A stretch of DNA of 32,000 nucleotides from Vibrio vulnificus CMCP6 (GCF_000039765.1 NC_004459.3:2451127-2483126), one strand, 5' to 3'; shown: positions 18,830 to 28,037, numbered from the stretch's first letter. The notes: a model not told the origin generated them from the sequence alone. Numbers and translations are program-made.

Positions 18830-19627
18830 ATGGAAGAAAAGTACAAAATCCACTCATTTTATATTCTAACAATTCTTTTAACGATAATTGTACTGTTAGT
18901 TACCGTAGAGTGGTCGACAATAGAAGGATTGAAAGATTACATATCTTTTGCACTTACTGTGTTTTCACTAGGTTTAGCTATTATAGCTATCATTTATTCT
19001 ATGTATTCAAACTCATCTCTTACGTCGAGTTTAACGTTGCTGGAGACTTCAAGTAGTAAACTATCTTTGACATCAGAAAGTCTTTCTTCGTCTACTAATC
19101 AATTATCGGAAACTGTTCGAGGTATCCCAAAGGCCATTGAAAAAGTAGAATCCAGAGTTTCTGAAACTCATGATTTAGTTAAAAATTTGGAGTTAAGTGC
19201 TCCACCTTCAAATATTGTCGGGAATGTATCTGACGAGCTATCCGAGGGGTTTATAAATGACTTTATTAGTAGGTTATCTTACAACGGATTACTAACATTG
19301 TTTACTATCAACTTTTTCTATCGTCACAAAATGATATTTGAATTTGACGGAGAATTAGTAGAAGCGATGGAAATGGACAAAGATTATGCATTTGCTTCGT
19401 TTATAGCGATGAAAGCTATGGGGCTATTTAAAGTTAAAGATAAAGGAAGTGCTTATTTGGTAGTCGATTTTCATCCATATACCGACTCAATGATTGTCAA
19501 AGGGTTGAATGAAAAAATAGGCGAGTTGTTTTCTGATGAAGAAGACTTACTAAACGAAGTGAAAGAGGATTTCAATCGCTTTCAAGCTTATTTAAACTCA
19601 AAAATGGAAGCAGAAATCGCAGAATAA
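18830..19627 (+). CDS. Two-TM membrane protein with coiled coil and C-terminal soluble domain
   Basis: Two N-terminal TMs, S/T-rich coiled coil. Confidence 0.8.
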   Translation: MEEKYKIHSFYILTILLTIIVLLVTVEWSTIEGLKDYISFALTVFSLGLAIIAIIYSMYSNSSLTSSLTLLETSSSKLSLTSESLSSSTNQLSETVRGIPKAIEKVESRVSETHDLVKNLELSAPPSNIVGNVSDELSEGFINDFISRLSYNGLLTLFTINFFYRHKMIFEFDGELVEAMEMDKDYAFASFIAMKAMGLFKVKDKGSAYLVVDFHPYTDSMIVKGLNEKIGELFSDEEDLLNEVKEDFNRFQAYLNSKMEAEIAE

Positions 19628-19718
19628 CAAAGCATTTAAGAGTGATTCGCAACGCTTGGCGGTTTCGCTTCGCTCAAGTATAGCCAAGCGTCGCTCACAC
19701 CTTAATGCGGCGTTAGTT
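19622..19718 (+). repeat. attC site 31 (short type)
   Basis: GAATAAC...GTTAGTT, 97 bp; internal CGCTTGGC/GCCAAGCG. Confidence 0.93.
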
Positions 19719-20072
19719 GCCAACGAGGAAAACGCAGCTTAAACAGAATGTTTAGAGTTAAAGTCAGTGTGTTTTTGGTGGGGTTTCGTACTTCAATTTT
19801 AAATCGTTCGGGTTTGTGAAAATCGTTCTCAGGTTTCTTTTGTGGTTGGATTCGTTTCAGAAACCGAATCACTAGTTGAGAGTCAGCTCTGTGACATTGT
19901 CTTTTCAAATGAGCGTTTTGGTGTTGTCAGTTCGTTTTCTACGGCGTTGCGTGTTCCAAGTGGTTTCAGTGACAGGCGCTTTGAAACTGCGCCTGAACTG
20001 AGTTTTTCAAAGCACGTAAAGCAAGTGTTGGCAAAGTGGTAATTAACTTCAAGTCAAAGCTTTAGGTTTGGC
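19719..20072 (+). other. Non-coding cassette family B copy 2
   Basis: TTAGTTGCCAACGAGG start and GTGACAGGCGCTTTGAAACTGCGCCTGA core. Confidence 0.82.
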
Positions 20073-20199
20073 AACTAACAAAGCATTCAAGAGGGATTCA
20101 CAACGCTTGGCAGTTTTGGTTTGAATCAGCTTTAGTGTTTACGGCACAATAGCTTAGGTTGGGTGGTGGCGTTGTTCACCCCTTAATGCGGCGTTATAT
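20073..20199 (+). repeat. attC site 32
   Basis: AACTAAC...GTTATAT. Confidence 0.95.
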
Positions 20200-20352
20200 G
20201 CAGTGCAGCTCTGAAACATAGACATTAAGCTAAATTTATGATTTATGTGACCTCAGTTGCTTATTGTCATTCTTATTATCACTAAACTTGTCGAGTCTGT
20301 TCAAAGCAGAACATTGGCTTGCGAAATACAACGGAGATAATAAGGAAATATA

Positions 20353-20493
20353 ATGAGAGTCTTAATTTTATTGTTGGCTACATTGTTTGTGAGTAATTCT
20401 GTCCTAGCTCATGGCGGAGGGTGTCGTAAGAGTTCACCACCTGGTCAATGTTGCCACAAAGACAATAGTACAGGCACAGTACATTGCCACTAG
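20353..20493 (+). CDS. Small secreted Cys/His-rich peptide (46 aa)
   Basis: MRVLILLLATLFVSNSVLAHGGGCRKSSPPGQCCHKDNSTGTVHCH; AAGGA upstream; absent from ORF track because of length. Confidence 0.7.
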   Translation: MRVLILLLATLFVSNSVLAHGGGCRKSSPPGQCCHKDNSTGTVHCH

Positions 20494-20505
20494 TCTGAAC
20501 CTTGC

Positions 20506-20632
20506 ATATAACAAGGCATTTAAGAGGGATTCAAAACGCGTGGCATTTGCGGTTTGAATCCATTTTTGTGTGTACTTTGTTCAATTTTAAATTGGGGGTA
20601 AGCGTTTTTCACCCCTTAATGCGGCGTTAGCT
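20506..20632 (+). repeat. attC site 33 (divergent centre)
   Basis: ATATAAC...GTTAGCT. Confidence 0.92.
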
Positions 20633-20672
20633 AACCAACGTAAGAATAATAATATGTAGTAAGGAAATATAG

Positions 20673-21548
20673 ATGGCAGGTAATTTTCGAGTTCATGCAT
20701 TTGGTATTGTTGGACTAAACGACAAAACTGATGACTTAGAGGACGTTTTAAACGATATACTCGCTGATGATATCGAGGACCGTGTTAGAACAATTGGTCA
20801 ACACGAGATTCGAGTAGAACATATTGAGAAGGTTGACGGTGTATGGCATCTAGACTTTGTGAAATTTCGTGATGTTCATGGACCTGGTAAAGGTTCGAGA
20901 AAGACAAAGGTTTTAGGCTTTGACTTTAAGGCGGGTGAAGTTTTTTGTGAGGAAACTGCATTAATGTACTGCCCTAAGCGCAGTTACATTTTACTTCAGT
21001 ATAACCATCATGGGGTTCGGTATTCTGCTATAGAGGATTACTTCAGTGTTTATAGTGGGAACCCTGATAATCAATATGAGCTTCAAGCCAAGTACGATGA
21101 TGATGTGGATCGCAAGTTTACATCTAGGAAAGCGACTAAGTCGCTAACCTTGGCAATCGATCCTAGGCTGTTAAGCGATAAGGATCGAGACTCAAAGACA
21201 GCATTAGGCAGTGCAATTGAGTTGGGTGACAAGTCAAATGCGTCGAAGATTGAAATTACTATCACAGCAGGCAGAGAGAAGAAGCGTTTTCTTTCAAAGT
21301 TTATCGACGATACTGCGACAAAAATGAAAAAACTTGCAGAGAAAAATCCTGATGCAGTAGGTAAATTGCGTGCAGGAGTTGTTAGCTCGGGCGTCGATGA
21401 AAAACTGCAAGTTTTAGACTTAATTGAAGAGCGTTTGTGCCGAAACTTTACTGATATCCCTGTAGGCAACGATAAACGTTGGCCCAGAGATGCGAGATAT
21501 AAAGCTCTCGAAAGGGCACGACGCGGTTGGAAAAAAATAATGGGTTAA
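20673..21548 (+). CDS. RexA-like cytosolic protein (291 aa)
   Basis: LNDILADD / HIEKVDGVWHLDFVKFRD pattern resembles lambda RexA N-terminus; paired with small TM protein. Confidence 0.6.
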   Translation: MAGNFRVHAFGIVGLNDKTDDLEDVLNDILADDIEDRVRTIGQHEIRVEHIEKVDGVWHLDFVKFRDVHGPGKGSRKTKVLGFDFKAGEVFCEETALMYCPKRSYILLQYNHHGVRYSAIEDYFSVYSGNPDNQYELQAKYDDDVDRKFTSRKATKSLTLAIDPRLLSDKDRDSKTALGSAIELGDKSNASKIEITITAGREKKRFLSKFIDDTATKMKKLAEKNPDAVGKLRAGVVSSGVDEKLQVLDLIEERLCRNFTDIPVGNDKRWPRDARYKALERARRGWKKIMG

Positions 21549-21553
21549 TTTTT

Positions 21554-21976
21554 ATGCACTTATATGTTGAAAAATCATATCCATATGTTTTGGCTTCAGG
21601 TGCCAGCTTTGCGTGGTTCTATTTCAAAATGTCGTTTCCAGTAGGGAACGACATTTTGTCAGCATCTCTAACAATTGGAGCCATACTTACTGGCTTTTTA
21701 GCTACAGCAAAAACATTGCTTATGACTTTAGATACGCCTGTAATGAATAGGATCCGAAGTACAGCTTATGCTCAAGATTTAGCCTCTTACCTTGGTGAAG
21801 CTATTTGGCTATGCTTTGGCTTTTGTGTCTTAGCAATGGTTGGCTACTTTTGTAGTACTAGTAAACTTTGGTACGGGGTTGTTTGGATTTTTATTTCAAT
21901 TGCAGCGTCATTTGCTTTCATTAGGGTGACGACGATCATGCTCAAAATCATTAAGCACCAACCAAGCAAAAGTTAG
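21554..21976 (+). CDS. RexB-like four-TM membrane protein (140 aa)
   Basis: Four hydrophobic segments; begins 5 nt after upstream stop. Confidence 0.6.
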   Translation: MHLYVEKSYPYVLASGASFAWFYFKMSFPVGNDILSASLTIGAILTGFLATAKTLLMTLDTPVMNRIRSTAYAQDLASYLGEAIWLCFGFCVLAMVGYFCSTSKLWYGVVWIFISIAASFAFIRVTTIMLKIIKHQPSKS

Positions 21977-22100
21977 CTAACAAACAATTCAAGAGTGATT
22001 CAGCACGCTTGGCATTTTTGGTTTGGGTTCGGTTCAGTGTTTACGGTGTTCAAATGAAATGTCGTGGCAGCGTGCTTCACACCTTAATTGGGCGTTAGCT
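21975..22100 (+). repeat. attC site 34
   Basis: AGCTAAC...GTTAGCT. Confidence 0.95.
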
Positions 22101-22190
22101 TACTCGCAAGCAGTAATACTATAAGCAGACTCAGAGTATTAGCATTTTGTTATTATTTCATCATTTCTATGAGTGATATCGGTATTAATA

Positions 22191-22538
22191 ATGTCTAACT
22201 TCAATGTTGTGTTGGTGACCAGTTTTCTGTTCAATTTTGCGTTAGACATGATGGAAACTGAGAGTTTTAGGCTTGTAGCAGTAATGGTTTCCTTCTTTGT
22301 GTCGCTGTCGTTTATCCTAGATCAACAAACTTGGTTTCTATCGACGGCAGAGAAGTTTGCTGATTGGTCAAAGGCGTTTTTCATTGCCTATGTAACTTGT
22401 GAAATTACGCTGGTCATAAACTTGGTTTATGTCGTAGTTAACAAGTACAGTGTGAGTTCAATGGCTTGGTATACGCCAAGTTTATTGCTAGGCGCATTTT
22501 CTCTCTACAGGATGAGAAAAAACGCAACGTCTCAGTAA
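22191..22538 (+). CDS. Hypothetical multi-TM protein
   Basis: Hydrophobic ORF; start could also be GTG 22173. Confidence 0.7.
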   Translation: MSNFNVVLVTSFLFNFALDMMETESFRLVAVMVSFFVSLSFILDQQTWFLSTAEKFADWSKAFFIAYVTCEITLVINLVYVVVNKYSVSSMAWYTPSLLLGAFSLYRMRKNATSQ

Positions 22539-22664
22539 GCTAACAAAGCGTTAAAGAGGGATTCATGCCGCGTGGCATTTTTGGTATGCGGTGAGTTTTG
22601 GTGGTGATGGTGGTCTGCGGAAAGCTGGTTTGGGCGGCACTCACCCCTTAACGCAGCGTTATGT
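22538..22664 (+). repeat. attC site 35
   Basis: AGCTAAC...GTTATGT. Confidence 0.95.
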
Positions 22665-22684
22665 AACAAGGAGAGTTTGGCTAA

Positions 22685-23191
22685 ATGGAAGTAATATCTG
22701 AAAGGCTACGGATGAAGCCATTATCGGGAAATGACTTGTCTTTATTTCTACAACTCCATACAAACCCAAGTGTCATTTCGCTCTGTTTCGATGAACTGCC
22801 AAAGTTAGAAATTGAGAGTAAATTTAAATCTCGATTAGCACCTTGGTTTGTAGATTCGGAGCATTGGTTATGTTTAGTTGTTGTCGAGTCCACAACGAAT
22901 AAAGCAGTAGGTATAACAGGTTTTTGTGTTAACGATTCTGTTGCTGAAGTTGGGTTTATGTTTTTACCCGAATATCATGGGCTCGGGTATGGTACAGAGT
23001 CACTGCAAGCCCTCATAAATTATTCAATGTCAGAGTTCGGCATCGATAAATACAGTGCAGTTGTCACCGAGGGCAACATTGGTTCCGAAAAGGTACTTAC
23101 AAAAGTGGGTTTTGTGCTCGATAGGATAGTGCCTCAAGCTTATGAAATTGGTGGTCATTTGTACGCAGACCATGTCTACAAATATGCGTAA
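22685..23191 (+). CDS. GNAT-family N-acetyltransferase (RimJ/RimL type)
   Basis: LRMKPLSGNDL...VGFMFLPEYHGLGYGTESLQALINY...NIGSEKVLTKVGF. Confidence 0.9.
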   Translation: MEVISERLRMKPLSGNDLSLFLQLHTNPSVISLCFDELPKLEIESKFKSRLAPWFVDSEHWLCLVVVESTTNKAVGITGFCVNDSVAEVGFMFLPEYHGLGYGTESLQALINYSMSEFGIDKYSAVVTEGNIGSEKVLTKVGFVLDRIVPQAYEIGGHLYADHVYKYA

Positions 23192-23198
23192 AATTGTT

Positions 23199-23325
23199 AC
23201 ATAACAAGGCGTTCAAGAGGGATTCATGCCGCGTGGCATTTTTGGTTTGCAGTGAGTTTTAGTGGTGAAAGTGGTCTGCGGAAGGTTGGCTTAGGCGGCA
23301 TTCACCCCTTAACGCAGCGTTATGC
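23199..23325 (+). repeat. attC site 36
   Basis: ACATAAC...GTTATGC. Confidence 0.95.
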
Positions 23326-23676
23326 TTAATTACGTAAAATCAGTGGTTTATGGTTTTTCTTTGTTCCCTCAGCTTTTTAGTTTTGTGCTCGTCGGCAAGT
23401 TGGCTTTTTTGAGCGCTGTTTTTCGGACACTTATTCTTTGGCGCTAAAAACTCTGAGAATTGCCTCAATCAATTCTCGGGCAAGCGCGAGGTTAGGGCGG
23501 TTGGCTCAATCAGAAATCCATTTCTAGGTTTTCAAACTTCAAACCAGATTTGCCAAAATTCCGAGCCTGATTATCAAAACTATGATTCATTTCGGTTTTC
23601 TGTGTTTTGGCTTTTGTGTGTAAATCAAAGTCGAGTTAATCTTGGTTCTATTAAAACGTAACCCATTGAAGTTTAA
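23326..23676 (+). other. Non-coding cassette family A copy 3
   Basis: Close match to other family A copies. Confidence 0.85.
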
Positions 23677-23803
23677 GCATAACAAGGCGTTCAAGAGGGA
23701 TTCATGCCGCGTGGCATTTTTGGTATGCGGTGAGTTTTGGTGGTGAAGGTGGTCTGCGGAAAGTTGGTTTAGGCGGCACTCACCCCTTAACGCAGCGTTA
23801 GCC
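23677..23803 (+). repeat. attC site 37
   Basis: GCATAAC...GTTAGCC. Confidence 0.95.
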
Positions 23804-23813
23804 GTCATGGAGC

Positions 23814-23848
23814 TTGCTATACTCAAAGTGATAGAATAGTATCACTTT
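23814..23848 (+). promoter_or_regulatory. Promoter and autoregulatory operator for TA module
   Basis: TTGCTA-17 nt-TAGTAT; inverted repeat AAAGTGATA-N6-TATCACTTT overlapping the -10. Confidence 0.7.
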
Positions 23849-23871
23849 AGTATTTCTTTGGAGCAGCTCTC

Positions 23872-24129
23872 ATGAAAGTAGAACTAGTTACATCACTCAA
23901 ACGCCAAGCAACAAAGATCCTTGCCGATCTCCACGACACTAAAGAACCAGTGTTAATTACCGAACATGGTAAGCCATCGGCATATCTGGTTGATGTTGAT
24001 GATTACGAGTTTATGCAAAATCGTTTAGCGATTCTTGAGGGGATTGCACGAGGTGAACGTGCATTAGCTGACGGTAAAGTGGTGAGTCACGATGAAGCCA
24101 AGGACAAAATGTCAAAATGGCTGAAATAA
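23872..24129 (+). CDS. Phd/YefM-family antitoxin
   Basis: EPVLITEHGKPSAYLVDVDDYE motif. Confidence 0.92.
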   Translation: MKVELVTSLKRQATKILADLHDTKEPVLITEHGKPSAYLVDVDDYEFMQNRLAILEGIARGERALADGKVVSHDEAKDKMSKWLK

Positions 24130-24419
24130 TCTGGACTGAGCCAGCGCTATCCGACCTCAATGATATCGCTGAATACATCGCACTTGAAAATATCGTAGCT
24201 GCAAAACAATTGGTTCAAGCGATCTTTTCTAAAGTCGAGCGCTTAGAGGCTTTCCCTGAATCGGGTCGCATTCCGCCTGAACTAGAACATCTAAGTTATC
24301 GTGAAGTTGTAGTTAATCCGTGCCGTATTTTCTATAAACAAGACGGCGACAAAGTATTTATTTTGTTTGTTATGCGTGCTGAGAGAGACTTGCGTAAGTT
24401 CCTATTGAGCAAGCAATAA
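24117..24419 (+). CDS. ParE/RelE-family toxin
   Basis: WTEPALSDLNDIAEYIA...FPESGR...YREVVVNPCRIFYK...; overlaps antitoxin by 13 nt. Confidence 0.93.
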   Translation: MAEIIWTEPALSDLNDIAEYIALENIVAAKQLVQAIFSKVERLEAFPESGRIPPELEHLSYREVVVNPCRIFYKQDGDKVFILFVMRAERDLRKFLLSKQ

Positions 24420-24434
24420 CCTTTGGGAATGAAC

Positions 24435-24562
24435 GGCTAACAAACTGTTTAAGAGTGATTCGCAACGCGTGGCATTTTTACTATGCGTTAGGTTTAGTGT
24501 TTAAGGTGTGACATGCGGTGGCTTCGGTATTGCGTTGCTCACACCTTAACAGGGCGTTATGC
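24435..24562 (+). repeat. attC site 38
   Basis: GGCTAAC...GTTATGC; same sequence as attC 1 up to the crossover point. Confidence 0.95.
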
Positions 24563-24906
24563 TTAATCACGTAAAATCAGAGGTTTATGGTTTTTCTTTA
24601 TTCCCTCGGCTGATTGGTTTTGTGCTTGTCGGCAAGTTGGCTTCTGTGAGCGCTGTTTTTCGGACACTTATTCTTTGGCGCTGGAAATTCAGAGAGTTGC
24701 CTCAATCAGTTTTCGCGTAAGCTCGAGGTTAGGGCAGTTGGCTCAATCAGCAATTTGATAGTAGGTTTTTGAGTTTTATCTGCCAAATTTCAAAGTCTCA
24801 TTTTCAAAGATTATGAGTCATTTCAGTTTTTAGGTTTTGCCTTTTGTTAGCTAATCCTAGTCGAGTTAATCTTAGTTTTGGTAAAAATGTGGGCGTTGAA
24901 GCTTAA
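24563..24906 (+). other. Non-coding cassette family A copy 4
   Basis: Close match to other family A copies. Confidence 0.85.
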
Positions 24907-25033
24907 GCATAACAAAGCGTTCAAGTGGGATTTGGCACGCGTGGCATTTTTAGTTTGCGTTGAGTTCGGTGATTACGGCACTGTGCGGTAGCTTTTGTAT
25001 TGCGTGCCTGCACCCCTTAACGCGGCGTTATGT
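24907..25033 (+). repeat. attC site 39
   Basis: GCATAAC...GTTATGT. Confidence 0.95.
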
Positions 25034-25052
25034 GCTTTTGAGGAAAATTGAC

Positions 25053-25547
25053 ATGGAAGTAGTAGAAGCGAGTCCAGATTTAGCTCCGATATTAGTGAGG
25101 TACGCGAAAGAATGTTTGGAGTCGGGTATCCTTAAATATTCCAGCGTTGAGCAAGATCCTGAAGCTTATTTATTAGGTTTGGTTGAACGCTCTAAGGCAA
25201 CTTCTGAGTTACCAAGCGGGTATTTACCCAGCACAACTTATTATTGCGTATCTGACTCTGAAATCTTAGGCGCTATTCGAGTTCGTAAAGGTACTAACGC
25301 CAACGTAGAAAATGTCATTGGGCATGTTGGCTACGAAACTAAACCGTCAGCTCGTGGTAAAGGTGTAGCTTCATTTCTCCTCGTTTGGGTGCGAGACCAT
25401 GTTGTCACTGACTCAGTTATTGTTACTTGTTCAATTGACAATCCAGCGTCCCAAAAGGTTATCGAAAACTGTGGCGGTGAGTATCTTGGCAACTACACAA
25501 GCGAAAACGAGGGCACTGTAAGGCGCTACCGTTTAGCACGCACATAA
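25053..25547 (+). CDS. GNAT-family N-acetyltransferase
   Basis: GHVGYETKPSARGKGVASFLLVWV...NPASQKVIENCGGEYLG; start trimmed to ATG 25053. Confidence 0.9.
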   Translation: MEVVEASPDLAPILVRYAKECLESGILKYSSVEQDPEAYLLGLVERSKATSELPSGYLPSTTYYCVSDSEILGAIRVRKGTNANVENVIGHVGYETKPSARGKGVASFLLVWVRDHVVTDSVIVTCSIDNPASQKVIENCGGEYLGNYTSENEGTVRRYRLART

Positions 25548-25670
25548 CAAAGCGTTCAAGAGGGATTCTCAACGCTTGGCAGTGTTGGTTCAAAGTTTGG
25601 CTTTTGTGATTATGGCACAATGGTTTAGGTCAGGCGGTGGCGTTGTTCACCCCTTAACGCGGCGTTATGT
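25542..25670 (+). repeat. attC site 40
   Basis: ACATAAC...GTTATGT. Confidence 0.95.
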
Positions 25671-25683
25671 TCTAGGAGGTAAA

Positions 25684-26427
25684 TTGAACATTAATTGGGA
25701 AAAAATTGAGAAAGTATTCAGGTTATTCTTCCCTGAGTTCTCAAACAAAGTAACTTGGGCTGTAGTCATTGCCGGTATCGGCCTGACATCGACTTCATTA
25801 GTGCAAAGTATTATCAATGCGTTCTTGGAAACTCAATTTAATATTAGAATTTTAGGTCCATACGATTCCCTTATCGGCGTTGTCCTAATTGCCTTTGGGT
25901 TGATTCACAACATATTGCTACAAAGAGAAAAAACTAAAATTGAGGTGAATGGCAAGATTGAAGTTAATAAACAAGCCATTGAGCATGACAAGGCTTTATT
26001 CGAGCACCTCGATAATATACTGGACGACGAATACTTAATGCGCTTCTTTGAGGGTGTAGAAGTAAATCATGCCTATTTTTATAGTAAAGTTAAGCCGCTC
26101 ACGGACTTTATGTATGAAATTGGAAAGGTTAAAACTGAATTCGTACTGGAACCCATAGCATCATCTCTCAATCAATTAAAGCCAGTAACACGTCAACTGG
26201 ACGAGTTTTTTGTCTGTAACTTTGATGCTTATGGTCCAGGGAGAGGTGATGATTTTTGGTTATGTTTACATCCTCAATGGAACTGTGACAGAGCTGGAAG
26301 TTGGGATGACTTCGAGGGATCTAAAAAATATGATGTCGCTATGAGGGAGCTATTTCAGATCATTGATAACTATAAAGAATTGTATAAAGTTTATCGGCTT
26401 AATGTGAAAAAAGAGTTATGCATTTAG
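25684..26427 (+). CDS. Two-TM membrane protein, hypothetical
   Basis: TTG start after GGAGGT; TMs followed by helical soluble domain. Confidence 0.7.
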   Translation: MNINWEKIEKVFRLFFPEFSNKVTWAVVIAGIGLTSTSLVQSIINAFLETQFNIRILGPYDSLIGVVLIAFGLIHNILLQREKTKIEVNGKIEVNKQAIEHDKALFEHLDNILDDEYLMRFFEGVEVNHAYFYSKVKPLTDFMYEIGKVKTEFVLEPIASSLNQLKPVTRQLDEFFVCNFDAYGPGRGDDFWLCLHPQWNCDRAGSWDDFEGSKKYDVAMRELFQIIDNYKELYKVYRLNVKKELCI

Positions 26428-26432
26428 TCCGA

Positions 26433-26560
26433 ACATAACAAAGCATTTAAGAGTGATTCCCAACGCATGGCATTTTTCATTCCATCGTTGGGTTTTGTGT
26501 TTACGGTGGCTTGGTTGAGCTTTGTGGTAGCGTTGCTCACACCTTAACGCGGCGTTAAAC
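26433..26560 (+). repeat. attC site 41
   Basis: ACATAAC...GTTAAAC. Confidence 0.95.
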
Positions 26561-26580
26561 GACATATGGAGGCTAATCAG

Positions 26581-26912
26581 GTGAAATTGAGTTTGATAGC
26601 TTTGCTGTTATGTTTTAGTTCATTTTGTTTTGGAGGCAATTTGGGGAAAGGGAAAGAAGACACCCAACACTTATTTGACTCGGTGCTGCCTTTCTTAAAG
26701 CAGCTGCAAATCGACAATATAGCACCACCGCGGTAGTTTACGATGTTCGTATTATGCTTCCTTCAGGTAAGGCTTCAGATGCAATAGCCGTTAATCTTGA
26801 TCATAATTCTGGCTATTCTATTGTCGTGTATTTGCCTTACAAAAAAGTAAACCAAGCTATAGAGTACGGTGAACTATCAGTTCAAGAAGGTCGTGGAGCA
26901 ATATTTAATTAA
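26581..26912 (+). pseudogene. Frameshifted exported protein gene
   Basis: Frame 1 MKLSLIALLCFSSFCFGG...NIAPPR*; shifted frame VVYDVRIMLPSGKASDAIAVNLDHNSGYSIVVYLPYKKV...GAIFN*. Confidence 0.6.
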
Positions 26913-26927
26913 GCGCGTGATATGTGC

Positions 26928-27053
26928 GTTTAACAAACTGTTCAAGAGGGATTCGCAACGCGTGGCATTTTTACTATGCGTTGAATTTAGTGGTTAAGGT
27001 GGTATGCGGCGGCTTCGGTATTGCGTTGCTCACCCCTTAACAGGGCGTTAGTT
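26928..27053 (+). repeat. attC site 42
   Basis: GTTTAAC...GTTAGTT. Confidence 0.95.
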
Positions 27054-27067
27054 TTATCAGGAGACAT

Positions 27068-28036
27068 ATGAGTACGACATTGACTTTAAAAAGTATTGCA
27101 TTAGAAAAATTAAACAGAATACTAAACCCAAATTTTGAAACTAAGTTCATATGGGCGCTACTTGTCGCAGGGTTATCTTTACTGGGGTATCAAAGAGTAG
27201 TTCAATTGGGCTCCAGTATTGAGGTTCTTTCACCTGAGTGGTACGTAAAGTTATCCTTGAGTTCGGGAGCGGACACGTTTTTTGTATTTCTAGGCTTTAT
27301 TTTTGTATTGATTTCTTGTGGACTATTTTATTTAAAATACTATCACCGTGACCTCGATAAGGTAGTAACTTACAAAAGTTTGAGAAAAGCTGCTTCTGCT
27401 ATCAGGCCGTTGTTAGATGAAAATAGACGCATTTTTATGACATTTGGCCCAAACTCAGGCTCAGGCAGTACTGGCGACTTACGTCATGATATGTCGCTGT
27501 GGGAAGAGTTAAAGAAAACCCAAATAGTTCCGAATAACGATAAAATCCGTAATATCTTAGATTCTGTATCTGAGTTTAGTCAAAGCGAACAAGTTACAGT
27601 GTCTGACATTAAGTCTCATATTGAAGCATTTAAGAAACACTGTGAAGATCCGGAATTTGACTATTCAAATAACCAGTTTCCCCAATCATTTGCCGATTTA
27701 ATTTTTTCTTATTGTGCAAAAAAACATAACAACGTAGACAAATACTCTTACTGGTTACGCAATGAAACTCTCGCTGAGAAAGCTAGAATTGAAAATATCC
27801 TGATTTTTGGAAGTGCGTTGTACGGAGAGGAAAAAATAGATGTCGATATTGTTATAAAAACTAATGATTCTTCAATAGAGCAAGTAAGGTCATTTTCAGC
27901 TTATATAACTGAGCTTAAAAATCGTTTTAAGGGCAAGTTTGGTTTAACTCTTCACGCTACAGTTTTTTCTGAACTGGAAGTGAAGTCTTATGAAGAGTTT
28001 ATGCTAAAAATTCATTCAACCAAGAAGGTACTTTAG
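27068..28036 (+). CDS. Membrane-anchored nucleotidyltransferase-like protein (322 aa)
   Basis: Two N-terminal TMs; ILIFGSALYGEEKIDVDIVI (GS...DxD) motif. Confidence 0.65.
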   Translation: MSTTLTLKSIALEKLNRILNPNFETKFIWALLVAGLSLLGYQRVVQLGSSIEVLSPEWYVKLSLSSGADTFFVFLGFIFVLISCGLFYLKYYHRDLDKVVTYKSLRKAASAIRPLLDENRRIFMTFGPNSGSGSTGDLRHDMSLWEELKKTQIVPNNDKIRNILDSVSEFSQSEQVTVSDIKSHIEAFKKHCEDPEFDYSNNQFPQSFADLIFSYCAKKHNNVDKYSYWLRNETLAEKARIENILIFGSALYGEEKIDVDIVIKTNDSSIEQVRSFSAYITELKNRFKGKFGLTLHATVFSELEVKSYEEFMLKIHSTKKVL

Positions 28037-28037
28037 T

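Noticed and set aside
19719-20072. Forward 66-aa ORF (19842-20042) as a real family B protein
   Set aside because: The frame is interrupted by stops or shifts in the 15147 and 30577 copies and has no RBS. Kept only as a possible decayed gene.
21083-21469. 128-aa minus-strand ORF
   Set aside because: Antisense shadow of the RexA-like gene with no RBS or recognised motif.
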